The notes below the pieces were generated by a model, which worked only from the letters and a program-made list of their open reading frames with translations, did no database searches and was not told the origin of the DNA. Shown in pieces: positions 9,976 to 19,466 of a stretch of DNA of 64,000 nucleotides (position 1 is the first letter of the stretch; the number at the start of each line of letters is the position of its first letter). The position numbers and the translations under genes are program-made. Source of the DNA: a virus; the IMG/VR virus record IMGVR_UViG_3300021425_000008, positions 32,001 through 96,000 of that record. One strand, written 5' to 3'.

Positions 9976-12378
9976 ATGAAGTCTGGAGCAACTGAAAGTT
10001 CATTTCATTATCTTTCACAATATTATGAGTTTCCTGAAGAGGTAGAAGTCTCACATCTACCAGAGGAACTTAAAAAGTCTAGTAAACCATACAAAGTCTT
10101 ATGGGCACATCATGCTTATGATCAACCTGCATTTCTAAATTTCAATCATGAGACGGTAACTCACATTGTGACACCATCTCACTGGGCAAAGGAACAATTG
10201 ATCAAGTTTCATAATGTTCCTAAGAATAAAATTACTGTAATTTCAAATGGTGTGAATGATATCTTCACCTATTCTGAAAACAAAACAAAGACTTTTATTC
10301 ATACTTCTATTCCTTACAAAGGTTTAGAACTGATGCCTTCTATTATACAGAGAATTCAACAGAAGCATCCTGATGCAAAGTTTAAAATCTTTTCATCAAT
10401 GTCACTGTATGGTCCTCTGAATGATCCTTATCTTGAATTGTATGAGGATCTGAAGAAACTTCCTAATGTAGAATACTCTGCGGCAGTAGACCAAGAAGAA
10501 CTTGTTTCTGCCTATCAAGAATCTGCTTTCTTCATTCATCCAAACATTTGGGAAGAGACCTTCTGTGTATCAATGGCAGAGGCAATGAAGTCTGGTGCCT
10601 ATCCAATCATTACAAACATTGGAGCACTACAAGAAGTTGCAGGAGAAAACTTTGCATCCGTTGTACCGATTGAGGGCAACCGCACAGCAAAAGGATATCA
10701 GGTTACAGAGAACTTCCTAAATACATTTGCAGAGGTTTGTTGTACTGCTCTAGATTATTTTGACAGGGACATAACATATTATAATCAAATCTCAAAATCA
10801 CTTTCCAATCATATTTCACAGAAGTGTGACTGGAAGAAAGTTGCAAACCAGTGGGAAAAACTCATCAATACTGTTTGTAATCCTAATGTATTTTTTAGGG
10901 AAAATAGTGTTGATAAGTCAATTTATGATGAAGTTTATATTCAAAATGTTTATGAAATTGAAAACCTGAATGAAGATGATGTCATTATTGATATTGGTGC
11001 TCACTGTGGATATTTTTCCAAACTTTGTTTAGATAAGGGAAGTAAAAATGTAATTTCCTATGAGGCAGATGAAAGTAATTACCAATGTTATTTGAAAAAT
11101 CTATCCAAATATCAAGGATGGAAATGTCATAATATTGCCGTTTGGAAAAAATCTTGTGATGAAGTTCCCTTTTATACCTATCCTCACAGTGAAAATACAG
11201 GATTAAATTCTTTCTACAAGAATCCTTATATGAATTCTTATGAGGAAACAAAGGTAAAAACAATTTCTTTGGATGATATTTTATCTTCATATGATAAAAT
11301 CAAAATTTTGAAGATTGATGCAGAAGGAAGTGAGTATGATATTCTTATGAATTCAACATCAATTCAAAAAATTGAAAGTATTGTTGGAGAATATCATAAT
11401 GATATGACTGACAAAACTATGAGTGATTTGAAAACATATTTGGAAACTCAAAACTTTGTCATATACAAAACAGTTAAATACAATGAAACAAGTGGTTTAT
11501 TTTTTGCAAAACACAAGTCTAAAATGAATGGAGAAACTATGACTATTGAAAATACTGCACTGACTTATCAACCCGTTTCGGCAGAACAAGCAGTAATGGA
11601 TGATGATTATCTTCGTAAGGCATTTGATAATGTCATGAAATGGGAAGAAAGTGATAAAGAACTCGCACAAGGCAGAACTAATTTCCAGTTGGAAAAGTTT
11701 GCTCTGCTTGAAACTCATACACTTCCTGTTGCCTTTGAGAACACTCTGAAGTCCCGTCGTCAGATGGCAGAAGGTTATATGTATAAACTCATTGAGATGA
11801 AAGAAAAAGTCCGTGAGTTTGAGTACAAGTGGAAAGACCAAGATCGCACACAACCAATCTTCTGGGAAGAATCTGGTCCTGGTGGCGGATCAAAGAAACT
11901 TTGTTGGTTTGACCTGGATGAACTGGCACTGACTCATTACCTGAAGTCTTGTGAGTTAGAAATTCGTGACCGTCTTTTCCAAATGGAGCATCTGGATAAG
12001 ATTCTTGCCAAACTTGTAGAAGAAAATGGTGGTAAACCAGTCAGTAGAGAGCAGTTCCTGGAAGGTGACGCTCTGTATTGGGAGCGTCGTTTTGCTGATC
12101 AGGCAATGGATGAAATGGTTGCTGCACAGACTGGTATTTCCATTGGCAATCTTCACAGTATGCGTCGTGCTTCTGCACCTTCCATTGTTGATAAGAGAAA
12201 TGAATTACCAGAAGGATATCTGCCATTGAATAAGATGCTTGAAAGTCCTCAAGGTAAGATGGAATTCTTGAATGATCTGCAGAAAAAAGTTCTCACTGGT
12301 ATTCAAGAAGTCACTGGTGAAAATCTGGGTATGATTACTGGAAGTACAGAGGAGCAAAAGAAACTGGAAGGTAACTGA
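9976..12378 (+). CDS. Fusion: GT-B (GT4-like) glycosyltransferase + FkbM-family methyltransferase + helical C-terminal domain
   Basis: HTSIPYKGL and EETFCVSMAEAM (EX7E); IIDIGAHCG and LKIDAEGSE (FkbM); charged helical tail from Met522. Confidence 0.8.
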   Translation: MKSGATESSFHYLSQYYEFPEEVEVSHLPEELKKSSKPYKVLWAHHAYDQPAFLNFNHETVTHIVTPSHWAKEQLIKFHNVPKNKITVISNGVNDIFTYSENKTKTFIHTSIPYKGLELMPSIIQRIQQKHPDAKFKIFSSMSLYGPLNDPYLELYEDLKKLPNVEYSAAVDQEELVSAYQESAFFIHPNIWEETFCVSMAEAMKSGAYPIITNIGALQEVAGENFASVVPIEGNRTAKGYQVTENFLNTFAEVCCTALDYFDRDITYYNQISKSLSNHISQKCDWKKVANQWEKLINTVCNPNVFFRENSVDKSIYDEVYIQNVYEIENLNEDDVIIDIGAHCGYFSKLCLDKGSKNVISYEADESNYQCYLKNLSKYQGWKCHNIAVWKKSCDEVPFYTYPHSENTGLNSFYKNPYMNSYEETKVKTISLDDILSSYDKIKILKIDAEGSEYDILMNSTSIQKIESIVGEYHNDMTDKTMSDLKTYLETQNFVIYKTVKYNETSGLFFAKHKSKMNGETMTIENTALTYQPVSAEQAVMDDDYLRKAFDNVMKWEESDKELAQGRTNFQLEKFALLETHTLPVAFENTLKSRRQMAEGYMYKLIEMKEKVREFEYKWKDQDRTQPIFWEESGPGGGSKKLCWFDLDELALTHYLKSCELEIRDRLFQMEHLDKILAKLVEENGGKPVSREQFLEGDALYWERRFADQAMDEMVAAQTGISIGNLHSMRRASAPSIVDKRNELPEGYLPLNKMLESPQGKMEFLNDLQKKVLTGIQEVTGENLGMITGSTEEQKKLEGN

Positions 12379-12911
12379 TGAACCAAAAGTTTATGATTAT
12401 TGATGACTTTTATGATATTGCACATCAGTATCATCAAAGTTTCTTTAGTAAACAGTGTATGATAACTGAAGAGACTACTCAAAAACTTTCTTATATTTTG
12501 AGTAGTCCTGTGGAAATTGTAGAAGCATTCAATGAAGTTACATTTGAGAATACTGCAAATCCAATTACTGCGAATACTGCTTGTGATTGGATTGCTGTGA
12601 TTTATCTTACAATGCCACCTGATTGTGTATCAAAGAAAGGACTGAGTTTTTACAGTCATAAGAAAACAGGACTTGATAGTTTTCCAAATGAATATGCCTG
12701 TCAAATCAATGGTTGGCAGAATATGGATGATATTGTCAAGTCCTTTGATGTAAGTGATAAGAATGAATGGGAAGAATATGCAAATGTGTTTGTAAAATAT
12801 AATCGTTGTGTGATTTTTCGTGCTGATTATTGGCATTCTTATGGTAATGGTTTTGGTAGTGAAATAAATAACTCAATGCTATACCAGAAGTTGCTGATAA
12901 AAAATGCCTAG
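12378..12911 (+). CDS. DUF6445-like 2OG-Fe(II) oxygenase-fold protein, degenerate active site
   Basis: IIDDFY, WIAVIYL, YNRCVIFRADYWHS match the paralogue at 16701, but no HxD. Confidence 0.65.
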   Translation: MNQKFMIIDDFYDIAHQYHQSFFSKQCMITEETTQKLSYILSSPVEIVEAFNEVTFENTANPITANTACDWIAVIYLTMPPDCVSKKGLSFYSHKKTGLDSFPNEYACQINGWQNMDDIVKSFDVSDKNEWEEYANVFVKYNRCVIFRADYWHSYGNGFGSEINNSMLYQKLLIKNA

Positions 12912-15900
12912 TCCAAGAGGGATATTTCGACTTAAGCAAGTCTATGAGGATCAGTTAAGTGATAACTGGTCTGTTAAAACTGATGTATGGTTAAGTCCAA
13001 GTCCATTTTTTGGATCTTGGGATTATGGTTACTTTTTTGGTGGTGGTCCAGCATTTTATGGACAAACTTCTGCTGATCGTATTGATTTTTCTAATGATAC
13101 TGCTACTGCTACCCTAAAATCTGGAATTTTTGATACAAATAGTGGAACAAAGCAATGGGGTGCTGCAAGTAGTTCTACTGCATCTTATCTTGCCGGTGGT
13201 TATTTTCCAGCAAATACCGACATAAGAAAATTTAACTTTGCTAATGAAACTTCTTCAGTATTGACAACTGCATCACTAGCAACACCAGTTCCAGGATCTT
13301 ATTATGTTACTGGAACTGGAAACCAAAATTTTGGGTATTTTTCTAGTGGAGAAACTGCGACAACAATAGTAACTCGTGTTGATTATTCTAATGATACTTC
13401 AACAAGTGTAGGCAATCTTTCTTTTAGCAGCAGGAGGTCTACTGCAACTGGCAATCAGTCTTATGGATACTTTGGTGGTGGTCTTACAGTATCAACAGTA
13501 GACCGTATTGATTACTCCAATGACACTGCAACTGCATCACCAAAAGGACCATTAAGTGCTGCTAGAGGACAATTAGCAGCAACAGGTAATGCTTTTTATG
13601 GTTACTTTGGTGGTGGTGGTCCTACGTTATCAACAGTAGACCGTATAGATTATTCTAATGATACTGCTACGGCATCACCTAAGGGACCATTGAGTGTTGC
13701 CAGACGTAGTTTAGCAGCAACAGGTAATTCTTCTTATGGATACTTTGGTGGTGGCATTCCATCATCAATAGTAGACCGTATTGACTATTCTAATGACACT
13801 GCAACTGCATCTCCAAAAGGACCATTAAGTGTTGTTAGAGAAGACCCAGGTGCTGGAAGTGCTAAGGCAAACGGAATCACAGATCTGACATTATTGCCAG
13901 CATCAAGCGAGAGACCTAATGCAACACCACAAGGATATGATACTGGTTATTTTGGTGGTGGTGTTTCTCCTGGTGCATCATCAAGAGTAGACCGTATTGA
14001 TTATTCTAATGATACCGCAACAGCATCACCAAAAGGACCGTTAAGTGTTGCTAGATATAATTTAGCAGCAACAGGTAACCAAAACTTTGGTTACTTTGGT
14101 GGTGGTGATCTTTCAAAATCAACAGTAGACCGTATTGATTACTCCAACGATACTGCAACAGCATCACCAAAAGGACCATTGAGTGAAGCTAGACCCGACG
14201 TAGAAGCAACAGGTAATAGTAATTTTGGTTACTTTGGTGGTGGTTCTGGGTATCCTGCTCCTGCATATGCTACTTCTTTAATAGATCGTGTAGATTATTC
14301 TAATGATACTGCCACTGCATCACCAAAAGGTAATTTGAGTGTAATAAGACAAGGTGCTGGAGCAACAGGTACTCAATCTTTTGGTTACTTTGCGGGTGGA
14401 TTTAGTGGTCCTAGTGCAACATCAACAACAGATCGTGTTGATTATTCTAATGACACCGCAACAGCAGTGCTGAAAGGTAATTTAAGTAGTGCTAAAAATT
14501 CAACTGGAGCAACAGGAAACTCTTCTTTCGGTTACTTTGCTGGTGCTTCTTCTTATATTACAACAGTTGATCGTCTTGATTACTCTAGTGATACAACAGC
14601 AATGTCACCTAAGGGTTCACTAAGTACTGCTAGAGGAAGTATGGGAGCAACAGGAAGTGCTTCCTTTGGTTACTTTGCTGGTGGACAAACTACTGGTGGT
14701 CCCAGAATTTCAACAATAGATCGTGTAGACTATTCCAACGATACTGCAACAGCATCACCTAAGGGTTTACTTAATGCTAATGTGTCTGGTATGGGAGCAT
14801 CAAGTTCCAGAGCAAATGCAATACCACTCAAAGGACCTGGTGTTCTGTCCCAACCATTTAACCTTGCAACTGGTGCTGTAGAAACCTTTAATACTGGTTA
14901 CTTTGGTGGTGGTCAACCTTCTCCAAACTCAACAGTAGACCGTATTGATTACTCTAATGATACTGCTACTGCATCACCTAAAGGTCCATTAAGTTTTACT
15001 AGCAGAGACTTGTCAGCAACAGGTAATGCTAATTTTGGTTACTTTGGTGGTGGTTATACTCCTGCTCCATTCTCAACAGTGAGTCGTATAGATTACTTGA
15101 ATGATACAGCAACAGCAGTAGCAAAAGGACCATTGAGCACAACAAAACTTAGAACTGGAGCAACAGGTAATGCTTCATTTGGTTACTTTGGTGGTGGTCA
15201 AAATCCTGGTGGTAATCTATCAACTGTAGACCGTATTGATTATAGTAATGACACTGCAACAGCATCACCTAAAGGACCATTAAGTGATGCCAGGACAGCA
15301 CTGTCAGCAACGGGTAATCAGGATTTTGGTTACTTTGGTGGTGGGGAAAGTCCTGGTGATGTTTCAACAGTAGATCGTGTTGATTATTCTAATGATACTG
15401 CAACGGCAGTAGCAAAAGGACCACTGAGTGTTGCCTCATTAAGATTCGGAGCAACAGGTAATAGTTCTTTTGGTTACTTTGCCGGTGGATTTAGTCCTAC
15501 TATATCAACAGTAAGTAGAATTGACTATAGTAATGATACTGCAACAGCATCACCAAAAGGTCCATTAAGTGCTGCTAAAGGATATGCTGCTGCTACAGGA
15601 GATAGTTCTTTTGGATACTTTGCTGGTGGAGTTACACCTGCTATAATATCAACAATAGACCGTATTGATTATTCGAATGATACAGCAACGGCATCTCCTA
15701 AAGGGTCATTAAGTTCTACTAGGGGAAATCATGCAGCATCATCCGCAAGAGCAAACGGATTTGCCGCAGTCGGTCCAGCAGTAACAGCAAACTCACCAGT
15801 CCAAAACTTCCCAGTAACATTCTTTGGTTATTTTGGTGGTGGTTTTTCTCCTGCTACTGTATCAATAATAGACCGTATTAATTATACTAATGATACTGTA

Positions 15901-16680
15901 ACAGCCTCAGTAAGAGGATCATTAAGTGTTGGTAAGTATGGTGTAGCAGCAACAGGTAACAGTTCTTATGGTTACTTTGGTGGTGGTTTTCCTGGACCAT
16001 TATCAACAGTAGACCGTATAGATTACTCTAATGATACCGCAACAGCATCACCAAAAGGACCATTAAGTCTTGCTAGAAATTACTTAGCAGCAACAGGTAA
16101 TGGTTCTTTTGGTTACTTTGGTGGTGGTAGTCCAACATTATCAACAGTAGACCGTATTGATTACTCTAATGATACCGCAACAGCATCACCTAAGGGACCA
16201 TTGAGTTCTGCTAGAGAGTTTTTAGCAGCAACAGGTAATGCTTCTTTTGGTTACTTTGGTGGTGGTAGTCCTACAACATCAGTAGTAGACCGCATTGATT
16301 ACTCCAATGATACTGCAACAGCATCACCTAAAGGACCATTGAGTGTTGCTAGGGGATATACTGGAGCAACAGGTAATGGTTCTTTTGGTTACTTTGGTGG
16401 TGGTCTTCCTTCGGGAGCAACAGTAGACCGTATAGATTATTCTAATGACACAGCAACAGCATCACCTAAGGGTCCATTGAGTCTTGCTAGAAATGGTTTA
16501 GCAGCAACAGGTAATAGTTCCTTTGGTTATTTTGGTGGTGGTGGTCCTGGTCCAAGATCAACAGTAGATCGTATTGATTACTCTAACGATACAACAACAG
16601 CATCAGTAAAAAGTCCATTGAGTCTTGCTAGACAATACTTAGCAGCAACCTCAGCAGCAGCAAACGGATTGCCACAATAA
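12904..16680 (+). CDS. Kelch-like beta-propeller repeat protein B (24 repeats, 4 blocks of 6)
   Basis: Same unit, linkers and termini as protein A; first three repeats divergent. Confidence 0.85.
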   Translation: MPSPRGIFRLKQVYEDQLSDNWSVKTDVWLSPSPFFGSWDYGYFFGGGPAFYGQTSADRIDFSNDTATATLKSGIFDTNSGTKQWGAASSSTASYLAGGYFPANTDIRKFNFANETSSVLTTASLATPVPGSYYVTGTGNQNFGYFSSGETATTIVTRVDYSNDTSTSVGNLSFSSRRSTATGNQSYGYFGGGLTVSTVDRIDYSNDTATASPKGPLSAARGQLAATGNAFYGYFGGGGPTLSTVDRIDYSNDTATASPKGPLSVARRSLAATGNSSYGYFGGGIPSSIVDRIDYSNDTATASPKGPLSVVREDPGAGSAKANGITDLTLLPASSERPNATPQGYDTGYFGGGVSPGASSRVDRIDYSNDTATASPKGPLSVARYNLAATGNQNFGYFGGGDLSKSTVDRIDYSNDTATASPKGPLSEARPDVEATGNSNFGYFGGGSGYPAPAYATSLIDRVDYSNDTATASPKGNLSVIRQGAGATGTQSFGYFAGGFSGPSATSTTDRVDYSNDTATAVLKGNLSSAKNSTGATGNSSFGYFAGASSYITTVDRLDYSSDTTAMSPKGSLSTARGSMGATGSASFGYFAGGQTTGGPRISTIDRVDYSNDTATASPKGLLNANVSGMGASSSRANAIPLKGPGVLSQPFNLATGAVETFNTGYFGGGQPSPNSTVDRIDYSNDTATASPKGPLSFTSRDLSATGNANFGYFGGGYTPAPFSTVSRIDYLNDTATAVAKGPLSTTKLRTGATGNASFGYFGGGQNPGGNLSTVDRIDYSNDTATASPKGPLSDARTALSATGNQDFGYFGGGESPGDVSTVDRVDYSNDTATAVAKGPLSVASLRFGATGNSSFGYFAGGFSPTISTVSRIDYSNDTATASPKGPLSAAKGYAAATGDSSFGYFAGGVTPAIISTIDRIDYSNDTATASPKGSLSSTRGNHAASSARANGFAAVGPAVTANSPVQNFPVTFFGYFGGGFSPATVSIIDRINYTNDTVTASVRGSLSVGKYGVAATGNSSYGYFGGGFPGPLSTVDRIDYSNDTATASPKGPLSLARNYLAATGNGSFGYFGGGSPTLSTVDRIDYSNDTATASPKGPLSSAREFLAATGNASFGYFGGGSPTTSVVDRIDYSNDTATASPKGPLSVARGYTGATGNGSFGYFGGGLPSGATVDRIDYSNDTATASPKGPLSLARNGLAATGNSSFGYFGGGGPGPRSTVDRIDYSNDTTTASVKSPLSLARQYLAATSAAANGLPQ

Positions 16681-16683
16681 ATA
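16635..16683 (+). repeat. 49-bp 3'-terminal repeat copy 2, containing late promoter ATAAATA
   Basis: Identical to 9248-9296; a second ATAAATA at 16690-16696. Confidence 0.9.
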
Positions 16684-16700
16684 CTTCAAATAAATATATT

Positions 16701-17318
16701 ATGAGACAAAACATCATTGTTGTGGATGACTTCTACTCAAATCCACAAGAAGTTAGAGAGTTTGCACTCAAGGCAGAATATCCAGAACCAACAGACGACT
16801 ATACATATCCAGGAAGAAACTCAGAAGATTCTTATTATTCTCAAGACATTCATAAGTCCTTTGAGAATATCATCAAAGAACCACTCATACCAGCAGATAA
16901 GAATGGATATTTTCGCATCTCATTAGAAACTGATACTCATAAACAGGATGTTCATGTAGATCCATCTTGGGAATGGGGTGCCGTAATTTATATGTCATCA
17001 CCAGAAGATTGTGTTGATGAAGGTGGCACATCATTCTGGAAACATAATACTCTTCAGTCAGAAAACATTCCAAAGACTGATGAAGAAGCACAGTTTTATG
17101 GATATCCAACTTATAAAGAATGTTGGTGGACGACAGTATATGGTGATGGACTTGACAGAAATAAATGGACTCGTTACTTTCTGTGCCCGATGAGGTATAA
17201 TAGACTAGTATTATTTCGCACTCATTTGTGGCACTCTCATAATTTTAACTTTGGAAATACATTAGAAAACGGTAGATTGGTTCAGTTATTTTTCTTCAAT
17301 CCAGTCAAGGAGTGGTAA
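16701..17318 (+). CDS. DUF6445-like 2OG-Fe(II) oxygenase
   Basis: VVDDFYSNP, YPGR, HVD, GGTSFW, YNRLVLFR..WHS, GRLVQLFFF: intact HxD...H...R. Confidence 0.75.
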   Translation: MRQNIIVVDDFYSNPQEVREFALKAEYPEPTDDYTYPGRNSEDSYYSQDIHKSFENIIKEPLIPADKNGYFRISLETDTHKQDVHVDPSWEWGAVIYMSSPEDCVDEGGTSFWKHNTLQSENIPKTDEEAQFYGYPTYKECWWTTVYGDGLDRNKWTRYFLCPMRYNRLVLFRTHLWHSHNFNFGNTLENGRLVQLFFFNPVKEW

Positions 17319-17869
17319 TGAAACATAAGGTTTATATTTCTGGCACTGGACGATGTGGAACAACATTTCTTGTGATTATTCTTTCCTATCTTGGTCTTGA
17401 TACTGGATACACAAAAGAAACATTCACCAATCACATCTATGAAAACTGCAATTCTGGATTGGATAAACAATGGGATGATACACCATATATTCTAAAGTCC
17501 CCAGCATTTCTTAATCAAATGGATAGACTTCTGAATTCATTCATTATTGATTATATGATTATTCCAGTAAGAAAGTTTGAGGATTCGGCAAAGTCCAGAG
17601 CATTTCATAATCAACAACCAGGAGGATTGTGGGAGGCAAAAAATTATGAAGAACAACTTTCATTTTTTTATAAAATATTTGAGAACTATAAGAAACTAGA
17701 AAAAGAACATCATATACCAACAATCTATCTGGATTTTGATACAATGATATCATCACCAGAGTATCTTTATGAAAATCTAAAACCAATTCTCAAAGAAACT
17801 ACACTAGAACAATTCACAGGAGCATTTGAGTTTGCAACAAATCATCAAAGGAGAAAGAAAAATGTATAG
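17318..17869 (+). CDS. Sulfotransferase-like P-loop protein
   Basis: ISGTGRCGTTFL 5'-PSB loop, LKSP, IIPVR; ATG overlaps upstream TAA. Confidence 0.65.
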   Translation: MKHKVYISGTGRCGTTFLVIILSYLGLDTGYTKETFTNHIYENCNSGLDKQWDDTPYILKSPAFLNQMDRLLNSFIIDYMIIPVRKFEDSAKSRAFHNQQPGGLWEAKNYEEQLSFFYKIFENYKKLEKEHHIPTIYLDFDTMISSPEYLYENLKPILKETTLEQFTGAFEFATNHQRRKKNV

Positions 17870-18344
17870 TGCATATTATGTTCCAAAGTTTCCAGTTTCT
17901 TATATCACACAAGATGGAAGAGACCTGTGGATCAATAATCCAAATCATATAAAACATCAGTGTGGATTATTGCAAGCGATATTAGAGCACATAGATAATA
18001 CAAATCATATTGATCCAGTTCGTATTGTTATTCCAGTAGAAGGTCAGGTTCAGGCAGGACCAGCAGGAGTGCAGAGATTATATGCACTGACATATTTAAA
18101 AGGTCATACGCATGTCCCTGCAATTGTATCAACTCAAAAATTGTATGATTGGTTTGGTGAAGGTGTAGTAGAAATTAAAGATAAAGATCAACTTAGGTCA
18201 TATCTTTCAATAGAACCTGTTGATTATGGTATTGACCCTGATGGAAAAGCACACTGGCATAATCAAAATCCAAATGAAAAACAAATGAGAGAAACCCTTA
18301 AAGTATCTGAGAAAACATTAAATAAAATTTTGAAGTGTATATGA
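17862..18344 (+). CDS. Hypothetical protein
   Basis: AAGGAG SD then ATG 17862; tightly coupled to both neighbours. Confidence 0.65.
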   Translation: MYSAYYVPKFPVSYITQDGRDLWINNPNHIKHQCGLLQAILEHIDNTNHIDPVRIVIPVEGQVQAGPAGVQRLYALTYLKGHTHVPAIVSTQKLYDWFGEGVVEIKDKDQLRSYLSIEPVDYGIDPDGKAHWHNQNPNEKQMRETLKVSEKTLNKILKCI

Positions 18345-19159
18345 AAAAATATCATTTTATGGCAGGACTTCCACGATCAGGAAGCACCTTATTGAAAAGT
18401 TTGATTGACCAGAACCCAAACATTCATACAGAACCTGTGAGTTCTGTGATGGAACTGATGTATCATACTGAAGAATATTTTAAGCATTCAGAACAATACT
18501 TAGGATATCCAAAACCACAGAATGCTCATAAGATCATCAGTAGTTTTATAGAGAATTATTATTACGAAAGAGAAGAAGATATTATTATAGATCACTGCCG
18601 TGCTTGGCCCAATAATATTGAAAGAATCAAAACTTATATCACACCCAATCCAAAGATTATCTGTCCTGTAAGAGACATCGCAGAAATTCTCACATCTTTT
18701 ATTACAATGGTGCATCGTAATGACGACCAAGTTTCATTTATAGATCAACACCTGATTGAAAAAGGTGTCACTGTGGATGATGATAATCGTTGTCAGTATT
18801 TGATGAGTGATGATGGGATTATAGAGCAAGCACTGTGGGCACAAAGTCAGGCATTTATCAAGAATGATACAAGACACTTATTGATGGTTGAATATAATGA
18901 CTTAGTGAATACTCCTGATGAAACGATGAGAAGGATTTATGATTTCTTAGAGATGGATGATTACGATCATAACTTCAAGAATGTGGAAAATCATCATCGT
19001 GAAAATGATGACCAATGGTATCTCAAGGATATGCACTATGTGAGAAAAGAAGTGAAAAAGACTTCTAAGAAGCCAGAGGATGTTTTGTCTCCTTACATTC
19101 TAAATAAGTATAAGAAACTGGAATACTGGAAGTATCCCGATAGTCCTTATTTAATATAA
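18341..19159 (+). CDS. Sulfotransferase family protein
   Basis: MAGLPRSGSTLL, KIICPVRD...S, VEYNDLV..P...RIYDFL. Confidence 0.85.
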   Translation: MKKYHFMAGLPRSGSTLLKSLIDQNPNIHTEPVSSVMELMYHTEEYFKHSEQYLGYPKPQNAHKIISSFIENYYYEREEDIIIDHCRAWPNNIERIKTYITPNPKIICPVRDIAEILTSFITMVHRNDDQVSFIDQHLIEKGVTVDDDNRCQYLMSDDGIIEQALWAQSQAFIKNDTRHLLMVEYNDLVNTPDETMRRIYDFLEMDDYDHNFKNVENHHRENDDQWYLKDMHYVRKEVKKTSKKPEDVLSPYILNKYKKLEYWKYPDSPYLI

Positions 19160-19160
19160 G

Positions 19161-19445
19161 ATGGCAGTAACTAATAAAAGAGGAATATTCGCACTTTTAG
19201 ATGTAAGAGAACGACAGGCAACTGGAAATTGGCCTGTTAAACCTGATGTATGGTTAAGTCCTAGTCCTTTTACTTCTCCTTCTCCAAATACTGGTTACTT
19301 TGGTGGTGGTGCTCCTACAATATCAAGAGTAGACCGTATAGATTACTCTAATGACACTGCAACAGCATCAGTAAGAGGACCATTAAGTGTTGGTAGATAT
19401 TACTTAGCAGCAACCTCAGCAGCAGCAAACGGACTGCCACAATAA
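19161..19445 (+). CDS. Single-repeat paralogue of the Kelch-like proteins (protein C)
   Basis: Same N-terminal header (WxVKPDVWLSPSPF), one repeat, same C-terminus YLAATSAAANGLPQ. Confidence 0.8.
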   Translation: MAVTNKRGIFALLDVRERQATGNWPVKPDVWLSPSPFTSPSPNTGYFGGGAPTISRVDRIDYSNDTATASVRGPLSVGRYYLAATSAAANGLPQ

Positions 19446-19448
19446 ATA
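19401..19448 (+). repeat. 3'-terminal repeat copy 3 with late promoter ATAAATA
   Basis: 47/48 identical to copies 1 and 2; shares a further GTCAAAA with copy 1. Confidence 0.9.
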
Positions 19449-19466
19449 GTCAAAATCACATATATT

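Noticed and set aside
5514-19445. Diversity-generating retroelement
   Set aside because: No reverse transcriptase; differences between repeats include indels and are not adenine-specific
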